DNA of 62,718 bases, filler included, from an uncultured Thermoplasmatales archaeon (GCA_964517155.1; 8 parts of 8 records of this genome joined end to end with filler, not necessarily neighbours in it); one strand, 5' to 3'; shown: positions 41,629 to 51,603, numbered from the whole stretch's first letter. Numbers and translations: made by a program. The notes: generated from the letters alone by a model not told the origin.

Positions 41629-43105
41629 ATTCGTTTCTAAGGTTTATTACGTTTTGTTCTTTTTCTAAGAGAATGTTTTTGTTTTGTTCAAGTTCTGTTA
41701 TGTTTTCTTGGAAATCTTTTCTTAATATTTCTATTGTATTATTTTTTTCATTAATTGCTTCTTTAATATTTTTAAGCTCATTGTCTTTTTTGGTAAGCTC
41801 GGTTGTTTTTTCATCAAGTTTTTCTGCAATTTCTTTTATTTTCTCCTGTTGATTATTTAATATTTCTTCTTTTAAATCAATAGCATTTAGCTTGTCAGAA
41901 AGCTGTTTTTTCAAATCTTTTAAATCCTTTGTTTTTGTATTTAATTCTTTTTGAAATTCTTTGATTTGAGTGTTTCTGGTGTTTATTTCCTCAGTTTTGT
42001 CATCAAGTACTTTTTTTAGTTTTTCCAAAGATAGTTCTTTTAATTTTATTTCTTCTTTTGCATCTTCAAGCTCAATTTGTTTTTCTTGTATTTCTTTTTC
42101 AAGATTGAGTACTTTTTTGTTGTTATCAGAAGAGTTTTTCTGATTTTGAGCAACTTGTTTTTTAAGATCATCAATTATTTTGTTTTTACTTTCAAAATCT
42201 TCATGAAGCGCTTTTATTTCTTCATCTTTTTTTACAAGCTCTTCTCTTATTTTTTCTAGTTCTTTTTCTTTTGATTTAACTTCTTTTTCTTGTTCAGAAA
42301 AACTTTGTTTTTCTCTTTGAATATTTTTTTGTATTTTTTCAATTTCAAAGTTTTTATCGTTTAATTCAGAGCTGTTTTTTCTTAATTCTTCTCTGAGATT
42401 TTCTATTTCTTGCTCTCTTTGATGAAGTCTATCTTTTATTTTTTCAATTTCATTTTCAAGAGTATTTATCTCTTTTATTCTACTGTTTATTTCTCTTTCT
42501 TTTTCACTGAGTTCTTTATTTACAAAATCAAAGTTTCTTTGCTGCAAGTCAAATTCTTTTTCTTTTTTTTCTATTAAGCTTTTTATGCTTTGCAATTCTT
42601 GATCTTTTTCTTTTAATTTTTGAAAGGAGTATGTTGCCTCTTCGTTTCCCATTCTTTCTTTTCTAAATTCTTTTTTTGTTCTTTTATCAAACGATGATGC
42701 TTCTTTGTTCATAGTTGTATTTTTAACAAGGTTTATTTCTCCTGTAAATCTACTGTTTTTAATCAATGGTTTTGTATCAATTTCAAATGTTTCTAAGTCT
42801 CCTTTTTTGTTTATCAAATCAATTGTGTAAAAAGGACTTTGTTTTCCTATGAGACGTGATACATGTCTATAGCGTAGTTCTTTTTTTGAGTCATCTGTGA
42901 TAAAACCTAAATCAGTTATGTTTCTGCCGATTAACTCTTTTGTTTTAAACCCTGTTTTTTTACAAAATGCATCATTTACATCGGTAAGCTCGCCGTTTCG
43001 ATTTACAACAAAAACAGGGTAATTGCTATCAAGATAAGCAGATAAAGTCTTAATATCTGTTTCAAATGCGTTATCATCCTTTTTTTTATTAGAACTATAT
43101 TTCAT
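41629..43105 (-). CDS. PAS domain + very long coiled-coil protein (3' truncated)
   Basis: VN.AFC..TG....ELIG PAS motif, then more than 300 aa of K/E heptads; GGGGTGAGG SD before ATG 43105. Confidence 0.85.
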
Positions 43106-43225
43106 ACTATTCAGCCTCACCCCAGCGTATGTTGGGAAACAAACTACCTAATTTTTAAATAAATAATATCCTTTATTTAATTATTGATAATGCTTTAAAG
43201 TAATATTAATCTTTTTTAATTTTCT

Positions 43226-44362
43226 TTATTTTTCAATAAGTCTGTCAACTGCTATTTTCAGCTCTTGATATTCTGATTCTAGCTGCTCAAATTGATTTTT
43301 AAGTGCAAAATATTTGTCTTTGTAATAGGCATCTGTTTCTTTTACCATGTTGTTTTCTAGTTTTAATTCTTTTTGCAATGGTGAAGATTCAAGTATTTTT
43401 TCATAAAAAGTGTTTTTAATGTTTAAATCAGTTTTATTTCTGTTTTTTCCTATTTTTTGAATGATGTTTTCTTTTCCAAGCAAGCCAAAGGATGTATTAT
43501 CTAGGCGTTTAATTAAATCTTTACATTTATTTATATTTATATCAAGGATGTTTACTTTTCTTCTATGTTTAAGCACATCTTCTGAAAATTCTCTGCGGTC
43601 TATATCTTTGATAAGTCTTTTTTCAGTAAGATCCATTAAATCATCTTTAAGCGCAAGTCTTTGACGCTCTAAAACACCTAGTCTATTTGTAAGTAGTTCT
43701 CGAAGGGATTTTGCATCATCGATATAGTTTACCATTTCATCATCATGCTTTACAAAAATATCGTATAACTCTTCATTTGAAACCTCATCATCTGATATTA
43801 ATGCAGTAAGCTCAGGTGATATTTTATCTTTAAATTCTAGTTTTTCAATTATTTTAACTGAGTTTGTATACCATCCAGGTATGAAAATAACACCCTCGTT
43901 TGTATAATCAAACTGCTCTAGTGGAAAACTAAGGACAGCATCAGATTTTTCGTCTTTTATTTTAAAACCAACAATATTTTTGTCTTTATCATAAATTGTA
44001 TCAAAAACAAAACCTAGTTTTTCTCCAGTATCCTCAAGATATACAGGTTTGTTTTTCAAATCTTTTTTAATAAATGTTTTCTTTTTTTCTTTTGAAAACT
44101 CTTTTTTCTCAATTGGTTCTTGAGTATTAATTGTTTCTTTTTGAAAATCTTCTATGTCAACCTCATTTAAAACAGCGGTTTGAGCTATATCTGTTTTTAC
44201 TTGTTGTTTTTTATCTATTTTTTCTTTATTTTTACGGCCTAAACCTAGTTTTCTTTTCTTTTTTACAGTAAGATGTTTTTGATTATTATAAACCTCTTTT
44301 GAGCTCAAATTATTTTTTATTTGTTTTTTTGAACCCTTATCTTTTTTCTTAAATAGAGGCAT
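43226..44362 (-). CDS. CdvA-like protein (PRC-barrel + helical coiled coil)
   Basis: K.VY..DTGE.LG.V.D..D PRC motif followed by IFIPGW and about 125 aa helical region ending RLD. Confidence 0.7.
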   Translation of the reverse strand: MPLFKKKDKGSKKQIKNNLSSKEVYNNQKHLTVKKKRKLGLGRKNKEKIDKKQQVKTDIAQTAVLNEVDIEDFQKETINTQEPIEKKEFSKEKKKTFIKKDLKNKPVYLEDTGEKLGFVFDTIYDKDKNIVGFKIKDEKSDAVLSFPLEQFDYTNEGVIFIPGWYTNSVKIIEKLEFKDKISPELTALISDDEVSNEELYDIFVKHDDEMVNYIDDAKSLRELLTNRLGVLERQRLALKDDLMDLTEKRLIKDIDRREFSEDVLKHRRKVNILDININKCKDLIKRLDNTSFGLLGKENIIQKIGKNRNKTDLNIKNTFYEKILESSPLQKELKLENNMVKETDAYYKDKYFALKNQFEQLESEYQELKIAVDRLIEK

Positions 44363-44388
44363 CCTTATCCAACTCCTGCTGATAATCT

Positions 44389-46131
44389 TTACAGATCACA
44401 GCTTCCCTCCAATGAAAGTAATGGGTCTTTCTGTTCTTTAACATTTCGGATGAAACGCGTAGTTGCCCAGGAGATAGCTGCGAATGGTACTAACAATAAA
44501 GATAATATCAGGATATAAACACCTATAGCTCCTATTAATAATGATAATATTTGCATCATATCTGTTTGCTGCTCAAATATTATAAGATTTAATTGTATCA
44601 GTGTATATACTATGCTTGTAATCATAATTATAAATGTAGTTAAAACAATTTTTTTTCTTAATTTACAGCTGATAAAATATGCTATAATTCCTCCTAAAAG
44701 TATAGCTACTAGCATAGCTGAGAAAGGATCATTTATAATGAAAAGAATTGGAAGTAGCACCAATGATGCTATAATTGGTTTTCCATAGTTTGTAAAAAAT
44801 GTTTCTTTTCCTTCTGATTTTGTATAATTTATATTAAGAATCCAGCCCATGCTGTTGCTTACTGTTTTTTTGATTTTGCCTTTTAGTGAGATTACTTTTT
44901 TTACATGTTTTTTCTTAATTATTGTTTTTGAATAATGTCGCCATGATCTATCAATTGCCAGTGTACTTAGGTTATCTGATATAAAAGTTATTCCAATTAA
45001 AAGTAAAAGCGTTAGTGTTGTAAGTATTGCAGCTGAAAATAAATCTAGTAAATATACTGTTGCTTCTGCATTCCACGCAAGCAGGTTTTGTATAAAAGAA
45101 TCAGAAAATAAAAGCCAGAATGGTGAAGAATAAACCATTATTTTTCCGGTATATGTTCCATTAGCAGTTATATTTGAGGCATAGGCTTTTAATTTCATTG
45201 AATTAACTTTGCCTCTACTTAAATTAAAAACATTTTTTGAAACATGTTCATTTATTTCACCTTGTGCAAAAACTATTCCTTTGACAGGCATTGTACTAGG
45301 GTTTATTATCTCCAGGTTTTTTGGAAATGATTCAGTACCTGTTCTTATCCTTCCAAAGTTAATAGCTACTGCTTTTTCGCTTTCAGCATTTATTCCAACA
45401 GATGCTGTTTGTGAATCAAAGGCAAAAGCATGTATAACTGTTAAAAAAACAATATATATTACAAGAAATGAAATTGCTGTTTTTTTAAGGTTAAGTGGCT
45501 TACGACCAAATATATAAAGCCTTATTTTTTCTTTGAAAGTTTTTGCATGCTCAGGTATTATAAACATGAGTGCTACAAGGATTACAGCAGATATTGTAAG
45601 CGGTGCAAAAACTCCAAGATAACTTATTGATTCTTTTGCACTTGTTGGCTGTGATACAGCTTCGAGTCCTTGGTTTATCCAAAGGCCTATTATTCCAACA
45701 AATGGTACTTTTAGAGGTGTTTGTCCTATTGATATTACTTTTCCCATTAATGCATCTTGTCTTATGTATGGCTCTGGTATATGTGGTCCTGCCTGATCTG
45801 TAAAATCGTTTTTATCTCCTTTTGTCTCAAGTAAAATATTTCCGCTGCGAGATTGTGTAATGTCTGATACTCTATGAACTACTATTTTTTGATCTGGCCA
45901 ACGTATATGGCTTTTAAAGACAATTATATCTCCAACTTTTATATCTTCTATTCTTGTAGGTGTCCATGCAACGACATCTCCTTCAAAAAGAGTAGGCGTC
46001 ATTGAATCAGATGTAACAAGATTTATTGGGAATGGTGTTCCAGACCATACTGATAGGAAACGCGCTATTATCAGAAATAAAGCTGCAATAAATAATAGGT
46101 TACCTACCAGTGATTTAACACTTAGTTTAAT
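44389..46131 (-). CDS. Signal peptidase I (SEC11/SipW-type) fused to beta-sandwich and multi-TM domains
   Basis: TSDSMTP, GDIIVF, VHRV, TKGD.N...D; catalytic Ser lies upstream of the track's ATG 46002, so true start is near 46131-46138. Confidence 0.88.
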   Translation of the reverse strand: MKLSVKSLVGNLLFIAALFLIIARFLSVWSGTPFPINLVTSDSMTPTLFEGDVVAWTPTRIEDIKVGDIIVFKSHIRWPDQKIVVHRVSDITQSRSGNILLETKGDKNDFTDQAGPHIPEPYIRQDALMGKVISIGQTPLKVPFVGIIGLWINQGLEAVSQPTSAKESISYLGVFAPLTISAVILVALMFIIPEHAKTFKEKIRLYIFGRKPLNLKKTAISFLVIYIVFLTVIHAFAFDSQTASVGINAESEKAVAINFGRIRTGTESFPKNLEIINPSTMPVKGIVFAQGEINEHVSKNVFNLSRGKVNSMKLKAYASNITANGTYTGKIMVYSSPFWLLFSDSFIQNLLAWNAEATVYLLDLFSAAILTTLTLLLLIGITFISDNLSTLAIDRSWRHYSKTIIKKKHVKKVISLKGKIKKTVSNSMGWILNINYTKSEGKETFFTNYGKPIIASLVLLPILFIINDPFSAMLVAILLGGIIAYFISCKLRKKIVLTTFIIMITSIVYTLIQLNLIIFEQQTDMMQILSLLIGAIGVYILILSLLLVPFAAISWATTRFIRNVKEQKDPLLSLEGSCDL

Positions 46132-46255
46132 TTTTCATCCCATCCCAATGTACAANNNNNNNNNNNNNNNNNNNNNNNNNNNNNNNNNNNNNNNNNNNNT
46201 TAATTAATTAANNNNNNNNNNNNNNNNNNNNNNNNNNNNNNNNNNNNNNNNNNNN

Positions 46256-46275
46256 GCTGTTGGATTTCGTTTCAT
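46256..46275 (-). CDS. First codons (MKRNPTA) of a second kbl-like gene at contig edge
   Basis: Identical to 13176-13195, with the same upstream motif. Confidence 0.7.
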
Positions 46276-46356
46276 AAGATATTTTCCCCCATAATTTGTG
46301 TATTAATTCTTAGTGGATTTCCGTGTATTATATGAATCTATTAAAAGTTATCGACA

Positions 46357-47493
46357 TTATTGTCTTTGAATGCGTATAACCCTGCTTAGACGATAGCTTA
46401 TAATTACCATTATAAACTCTTTCTCAAAAAACATTTTATCAAGATTTTTATCTCCTGTGTCTATTCGGATTACAGGAGTTGCTGCAAGTTTACTTGGTGT
46501 TGAAATAACAAGTATGTTATCAATTCCAATCCTGCGGATAACCTGTGGGCTTAGCTGAAGATTGCCCCGGCCTAGAATAAAACCCTGTGCACCAATCGGA
46601 CTTAGAATAACTTTTGCTTTTGGGTATTTATCTAAAAGCTTTAGAATTTTTTTTTCGTTTAAATCAGATTCAATGATTTTTCCATTATAATAAGCATCAA
46701 TTCCAAGCAATGTGTTTTCTAAACCAAGATTCTTTGATATATAATCTATAGTTCCACCAGGTCCAAATAAATATAAAAAACCAGGGTTTTCTTTTAATTC
46801 ATCTTCAATATGTTCGGCAAGTTCATCTTTTACAGCATCATCTGTTACAGATTCAAAAACACTTTTACCTACTTGAACATAAGTTGGCTCAACGATACCT
46901 TTTGCAATACCAAATAACTTGATGTTCCATTCACCTTTTCGGTAGAGCTCTTCATCAAGATCCATTATTTCTGCATCACCTATAGTAAGGTGTTTGTTTA
47001 CAAATTCATGCAGCATTTTTGCACTAGCTGAGGTATTTACTCCAAAAACTGCACTGTGCATTTTTACGCCCGAAGGAATTCCAAGCATAGGAATTTTATC
47101 ACCGATGATACTGTAAATATCTCTTGCTGTTCCATCGCCGCCACAAAATAAGATTAATTCTATATTTTTTTCTAGTAATTTTTTACAGGCTTCTTTAGTA
47201 TCATCAGAGTTAGTTTTATTTTTATTATAATTGTATACAACTGTAATTTTTTTTGCACCTGCGTCTATAAGCTCGTCATATCCCATAACATCAGAGCAAG
47301 TAAACCACTCTATTTCATCGCTCTGAGAGTAACTAGATATAAACTCTTCAAGTGTTTCAAGTGCTTTATCAGGTGCTACAGGTTTTGCTCCAAGCCTTTT
47401 TGCTTTATCTGAGACCCTGTCAGTACCTTTTAAACCGACTTTGCCACCCATACCTGCAATAGGATTTACCAGGAAACCTATCTTTGAAATCAT
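46357..47493 (-). CDS. ATP-NAD kinase-family protein (COG3199-like)
   Basis: NPIAGMGG.VGLKGTD, GGDGTARD, GIPSGVKM.S, QGF.LGRGN.Q, DTGD. Confidence 0.88.
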   Translation of the reverse strand: MISKIGFLVNPIAGMGGKVGLKGTDRVSDKAKRLGAKPVAPDKALETLEEFISSYSQSDEIEWFTCSDVMGYDELIDAGAKKITVVYNYNKNKTNSDDTKEACKKLLEKNIELILFCGGDGTARDIYSIIGDKIPMLGIPSGVKMHSAVFGVNTSASAKMLHEFVNKHLTIGDAEIMDLDEELYRKGEWNIKLFGIAKGIVEPTYVQVGKSVFESVTDDAVKDELAEHIEDELKENPGFLYLFGPGGTIDYISKNLGLENTLLGIDAYYNGKIIESDLNEKKILKLLDKYPKAKVILSPIGAQGFILGRGNLQLSPQVIRRIGIDNILVISTPSKLAATPVIRIDTGDKNLDKMFFEKEFIMVIISYRLSRVIRIQRQ

Positions 47494-47591
47494 GATAAAC
47501 TAGAAAATCTAAAACAAAAACAGATATTTAAAAACAATGAAACCTTTATGAATTCAAATAAATGCTTTGTAAATTTTATGTGCTATCCTCG

Positions 47592-47615
47592 TGCAGGGGA
47601 AAGGTTTTGAACCCC
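47592..47615 (-). repeat. tRNA 3'-end-like direct repeat, copy 1
   Basis: Minus strand GGGGTTCAAAACCTTTCCCCTGCA; 22/24 identical to 48314-48337. Confidence 0.75.
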
Positions 47616-47712
47616 CGTTTAGTCATAAAAAAATAATGTTTTATCATGTTGGATATGAAATCAAAGGCAGATTTATAAATAATTAATCCATTTTAGAATT
47701 GAGGAGAACTGA

Positions 47713-48309
47713 ATGAAAGTTTCAAAAAAAATAAATTATATTTGTATTTTTTTTGGTTTAATTATTATTTGTATTGGTATTTTCCTTATTTGGACAAGTT
47801 TTTTAATTGGTGGTTTTAATTGGGAATTTATTCCTGCAGTAATTTTAACATCTTCAGGATTTGCAATATTACTTTGTGTTACATTTTTTAATATTATGAA
47901 AACAAAAAATGCAAAAATAATTTGTACTATTTCAACAATAATTATATTTTTATTTTCGTTTGTATTTTTATATATTAATCTGTCAGGGTCGCCATATTAT
48001 ACATCACAATCCCCAATTGTTAATTGCGAAATCGTTTTTTATAATGATACAGCTAATATGATAAAATGGATTGTAACACAAACCTATGGTATAATAAAAA
48101 TTGAAAATCTTGGCTATAGATTGATTAGTGGTACTAGTGGTTATAATGAAATAGAAGCTAATATTATTTATTATGATTCTGATGATAGCAGTAGCCTAAC
48201 AAAAGGAGATATTTTTGAAGTCTATGCTCCATATGATGGAATTTACAATTTTGAAATAATTGATTGGAGTATGAATCTCTTGGTTTGTAGCTATAAAAAT
48301 AGTTATTAA
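47713..48309 (+). CDS. Membrane protein (3 TM) with extracellular pilin-like beta domain
   Basis: GAGGAG SD; three hydrophobic helices; YYD.D....LT.GD.F motif. Confidence 0.7.
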   Translation: MKVSKKINYICIFFGLIIICIGIFLIWTSFLIGGFNWEFIPAVILTSSGFAILLCVTFFNIMKTKNAKIICTISTIIIFLFSFVFLYINLSGSPYYTSQSPIVNCEIVFYNDTANMIKWIVTQTYGIIKIENLGYRLISGTSGYNEIEANIIYYDSDDSSSLTKGDIFEVYAPYDGIYNFEIIDWSMNLLVCSYKNSY

Positions 48310-48313
48310 ATTA

Positions 48314-48337
48314 TGCAGGAGAAAGGATTTGAACCCC
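48314..48337 (-). repeat. tRNA 3'-end-like direct repeat, copy 2
   Basis: Minus strand GGGGTTCAAATCCTTTCTCCTGCA (T-loop TTCAAAT + acceptor strand ending GCA, Leu-like). Confidence 0.75.
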
Positions 48338-48393
48338 GGGCGTCAAAATGATACTATAAAATTAAAAACAATTACTATAAAAAAATTGAAGTT

Positions 48394-48419
48394 TGGCTGA
48401 CTAATTTTTAAGCCAGCCA
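48394..48419 (-). terminator. Hairpin between convergent genes
   Basis: TGGCTGACT-N8-AGCCAGCCA, T-rich tract downstream on minus strand. Confidence 0.55.
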
Positions 48420-48437
48420 CCATTCTTAGACTTTAAT

Positions 48438-48623
48438 TTATTTCTTTTTTAGATATGGAAGACCAGTTCTTTTATTTACACCAACAGTGTAGCCATCTGG
48501 TTTATCACAGGGCTTGCCGCTCTTTGGTGATCTTTTACTAAAGAAATAAATTGTTTGATTTCTTCCACCTTTAAGTTTTACTTCTCGCGTATAAAGTGTC
48601 CAACCATCATGTACAAATGCCAT
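48438..48623 (-). CDS. Small basic protein (61 aa)
   Basis: GGAGGT SD; V.L.GG..Q.IYFF.K...P.GY.V..N.R.GLP.LKK. Confidence 0.85.
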   Translation of the reverse strand: MAFVHDGWTLYTREVKLKGGRNQTIYFFSKRSPKSGKPCDKPDGYTVGVNKRTGLPYLKKK

Positions 48624-48691
48624 AATTTTACCTCCAACAGAGGAATGCTTATCAAAGCATTTAAGTTTTTTGCAATTTTACTCCTGTTTTA

Positions 48692-49648
48692 CTAGTCTCG
48701 AACACCATTTTCGCTGATTGAGAACACTGCTTCACCTTCAGGAAGATGTGGCGAATCAATAAGTCTTGCAATCCTTTTAGGTCCTTTGCTCTTACGAAGA
48801 TATAACCTAAATGTTGCTGTATGACCGACAATGTGTCCTCCAATAGGTCTTGTCGGATCGCCAAAAAATGCATCAGGTTTTGAGGATACCTGATTTGTAA
48901 CACATACAACTCCATTGTTTAAATCTCCCCAGCGAAGTAGATCATGCATATGCTTGTTGAGTTTCTGTTGCCTGTCTGCCAAAGCACCACGACCAACGTA
49001 TTCTGCTCTAAAATGTGCTGTAAGAGAATCAACAATAAGTAAACGAGCAGGTATATCTTTAGAAAGCTCTTTTACCTTTTCAACTAAAAGCATCTGATGA
49101 TTAGAATTATATGCCCTGGCAACATGAATCTTTGAAAGAACCTCATCAGGATCTAGTTCATAACCTTGAGCCATCTGAACTATACGCTCGGGTCTAAAAG
49201 TGTTTTCAGTATCAATATAAAAGGCATGACCGTTCATACCGCCCTGTTCTTTAGGTAACTGAACTATAACACATAATTGATGAGCAATTTGCGTTTTACC
49301 AGAGCCAAACTCACCAAAAAGCTCAATTATTGCTTGTGATTCAAAACCACCGCCAAGTAGTTCATCAAAAATTTTTGAACCAGATGATAAATGCCCAACT
49401 TTTGCTCTTTTCTCAAGAAGCATAGCCCCTGTTTCAAAACCTCCGATGTCAGCTTGTTTTCTTGCATCCATAATTATTTTTGATGCTACAGCCTCACCTA
49501 TTTCTGCAGCTTCAGCAAGTTCAGACGGCGAAGAAACAGCAATGCTCATAACATCGATATATCCTGCTTCACGTAGCTTTTCTGCAGTTGCTGGACCAAC
49601 ACCTGCAAGCTTATCAATCATTTCATTATCAAGATCGTCTTTCCCCAT
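48692..49648 (-). CDS. radA: DNA repair/recombination protein RadA
   Basis: N-terminal Hh[33 protein letters not shown]; no intein. Confidence 0.98.
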   Translation of the reverse strand: MGKDDLDNEMIDKLAGVGPATAEKLREAGYIDVMSIAVSSPSELAEAAEIGEAVASKIIMDARKQADIGGFETGAMLLEKRAKVGHLSSGSKIFDELLGGGFESQAIIELFGEFGSGKTQIAHQLCVIVQLPKEQGGMNGHAFYIDTENTFRPERIVQMAQGYELDPDEVLSKIHVARAYNSNHQMLLVEKVKELSKDIPARLLIVDSLTAHFRAEYVGRGALADRQQKLNKHMHDLLRWGDLNNGVVCVTNQVSSKPDAFFGDPTRPIGGHIVGHTATFRLYLRKSKGPKRIARLIDSPHLPEGEAVFSISENGVRD

Positions 49649-49739
49649 GAAAATCCCTTGAAAACAGGTAATTGATAAACATTTATAAAAGTGCGTATGG
49701 GTTTACTAAAAGTATTATTATAAATTATTATATGGGACA

Positions 49740-50315
49740 ATGAATGTTATGGAAAACAAATATTATCCGTGGGGTGGAGAATTCACAACATGCAAAGATA
49801 TAGGCTGTGTTGCAGTAGTACTCCTAAACACAGAATATACCCCGCCTGATACAGTTGCGATTTATGGTCCTTTAAAAACAGAAAATATTGGGATTGAAAA
49901 AATAGTTGCAAACACAATTTCAAATCCTTATATTAGATATCTTATAGTTACTGGAGAAGAAATTAGAGGACATCGCTCTGGTAACTCATTACTTGCGTTA
50001 TCAAAAAATGGTATAGATAAAAATAATAGAATCATAAATGCGCCAGGTGCGATACCATACATTGAAAATATTGATGAAAAAGCAATAAAACGCTTCCAAG
50101 AACAAATACAAATAATAGATATGATAGGAGAAAAAGATACATCTAAAATAGATAAAAAAATAAAGGAATGTATAAATAAATCACCACCTAGTTTTGGAAA
50201 GTCTTATATTGCTATAAGAATAACATCTGAAGTGACAACACTTGATGATAAAAGAGCACTTCATTCAAAAATTATTGTAGATTATATGGGAAAAGTAAAG
50301 AAAAGAGGCGAATAA
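49740..50315 (+). CDS. mtrA: MtrA/MtxA-like corrinoid protein (no TM anchor)
   Basis: KTENIGIEK..AN.ISNP.IR, GHRSG, A.GAIPYIEN. Confidence 0.88.
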   Translation: MNVMENKYYPWGGEFTTCKDIGCVAVVLLNTEYTPPDTVAIYGPLKTENIGIEKIVANTISNPYIRYLIVTGEEIRGHRSGNSLLALSKNGIDKNNRIINAPGAIPYIENIDEKAIKRFQEQIQIIDMIGEKDTSKIDKKIKECINKSPPSFGKSYIAIRITSEVTTLDDKRALHSKIIVDYMGKVKKRGE

Positions 50316-50319
50316 AATT

Positions 50320-50886
50320 ATGTTTTCATTTACTCAGGAGCAAAAAATAGTTGAAGTATCGAAAACAAAAATTGGTGGACAGCCTGGAAATCTTCCAACT
50401 GTGCTTTTTTCAGGATTTTTTTTCAAAGGTGAACCAGATTATGTAAAAGCAAAAGAACATGTTAAAAAAATGTATGAATTAAGTGCTAAAACTGGTAATC
50501 CTGTTATTCCTGATTTTTTTATAAAAAAAGAAGAAAACTTAGAAAAAATAATTGGATTCATAAACAGGGAAATGCCTGTTGATAAACCGTTTTCAGTTGA
50601 TATAATAGAACCAGATTTAAAAATTAAAACTTTAGAGTTATTGTCTAAGAAGAATCTGTTGAAAAGAACAGTTTACAACTCTATTCATATTGGTACTACA
50701 GATGAGGAGCGAAAAACACTAAAAAAGCATACTCCTGAAATGGCAATAGTTGTAGCTTTTAACCCAAAGGATAAATCACCAGATGGCAAAATAGAGGTTT
50801 TAGAAAATGGTGCAAACCTTTTAGATATAGGATTACTCAAGCTTACAAAACAGGTGGGAATCAAAAAGATTTTGATAGATACCGCT
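50320..50886 (+). CDS. mtrH: MtrH/MtxH-like methyltransferase (3' truncated)
   Basis: MF.F..EQ.......IGGQPG..PTVL, TGNP, YNSI, LIDTA. Confidence 0.85.
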
Positions 50887-50986
50887 NNNNNNNNNNNNNN
50901 NNNNNNNNNNNNNNNNNNNNNNNNNNNNNNTTAATTAATTAANNNNNNNNNNNNNNNNNNNNNNNNNNNNNNNNNNNNNNNNNNNN

Positions 50987-51437
50987 ATCTTACAACCATG
51001 ACAGAAACGCTTGCATGTCTAACTACTTTATCTGTAACGCTTCCAAGTAGGAAACGTCCTTCTTTGCCGTATCCTTTGTATCCTACAATGATAATATCTG
51101 CATCTGCTTTTTTAGCACTTATCAAGATTTCATCCGCAGGATCGCCGTCTTCAACTGCAACATTTACTTTTGAAACTACTGTTTCTAAATCTTTTACAAT
51201 TTTTGATAATGACTCACGTGCTTTATCCTTAAAACTACCACTTTTAACAATGCTACTTAGATCAATTGTAGGCAGAAGCATTCTTGTAAAAGAGGATTCT
51301 GCAAGTTCTGCAGGTACAACTGTGAGAAGTGTTATTTCATCATCTTTATTAGCACATTGTTTAGTCAATTCTATTGCTTTTTTTGAAGCATCAGATCCAT
51401 CATACGCAACTAGCATTTTTTTCATCTTAATCAGCAT
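50987..51437 (-). CDS. Universal stress protein (stop codon cut by contig end)
   Basis: LVAYDGS..S..A, GDPA.EI, LLGSV..KV.RHA..SV.VVR. Confidence 0.93.
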
Positions 51438-51521
51438 AGCATGAATACAGAAAGGTTCTAAAAGGTTTTGTATTGTTTTTTATTTTTTCCAAGAAACTAG
51501 ATTATCACAAAACAATTTGAT

Positions 51522-51603
51522 TAGGAAAAAGTAAGAAGGAAAAACAACCTGGGGATTAGATGAAAAATATACATCTACAAGTTTTTTCCTTCTTTAATTC
51601 CTA
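51522..51603 (-). ncRNA. Candidate small structured RNA (nested hairpin)
   Basis: Three nested stems; TATA-like element about 25 nt upstream on minus strand. Confidence 0.35.

Noticed and set aside
47592..48337. Split or intron-containing tRNA, or IS element
   Set aside because: Both copies are the same 3' portion in direct orientation; no 5' half, terminal inverted repeats or transposase
49740..50886. Evidence of methanogenesis
   Set aside because: mtrA/mtrH-like genes alone are insufficient; no mcr or membrane Mtr subunits in the window
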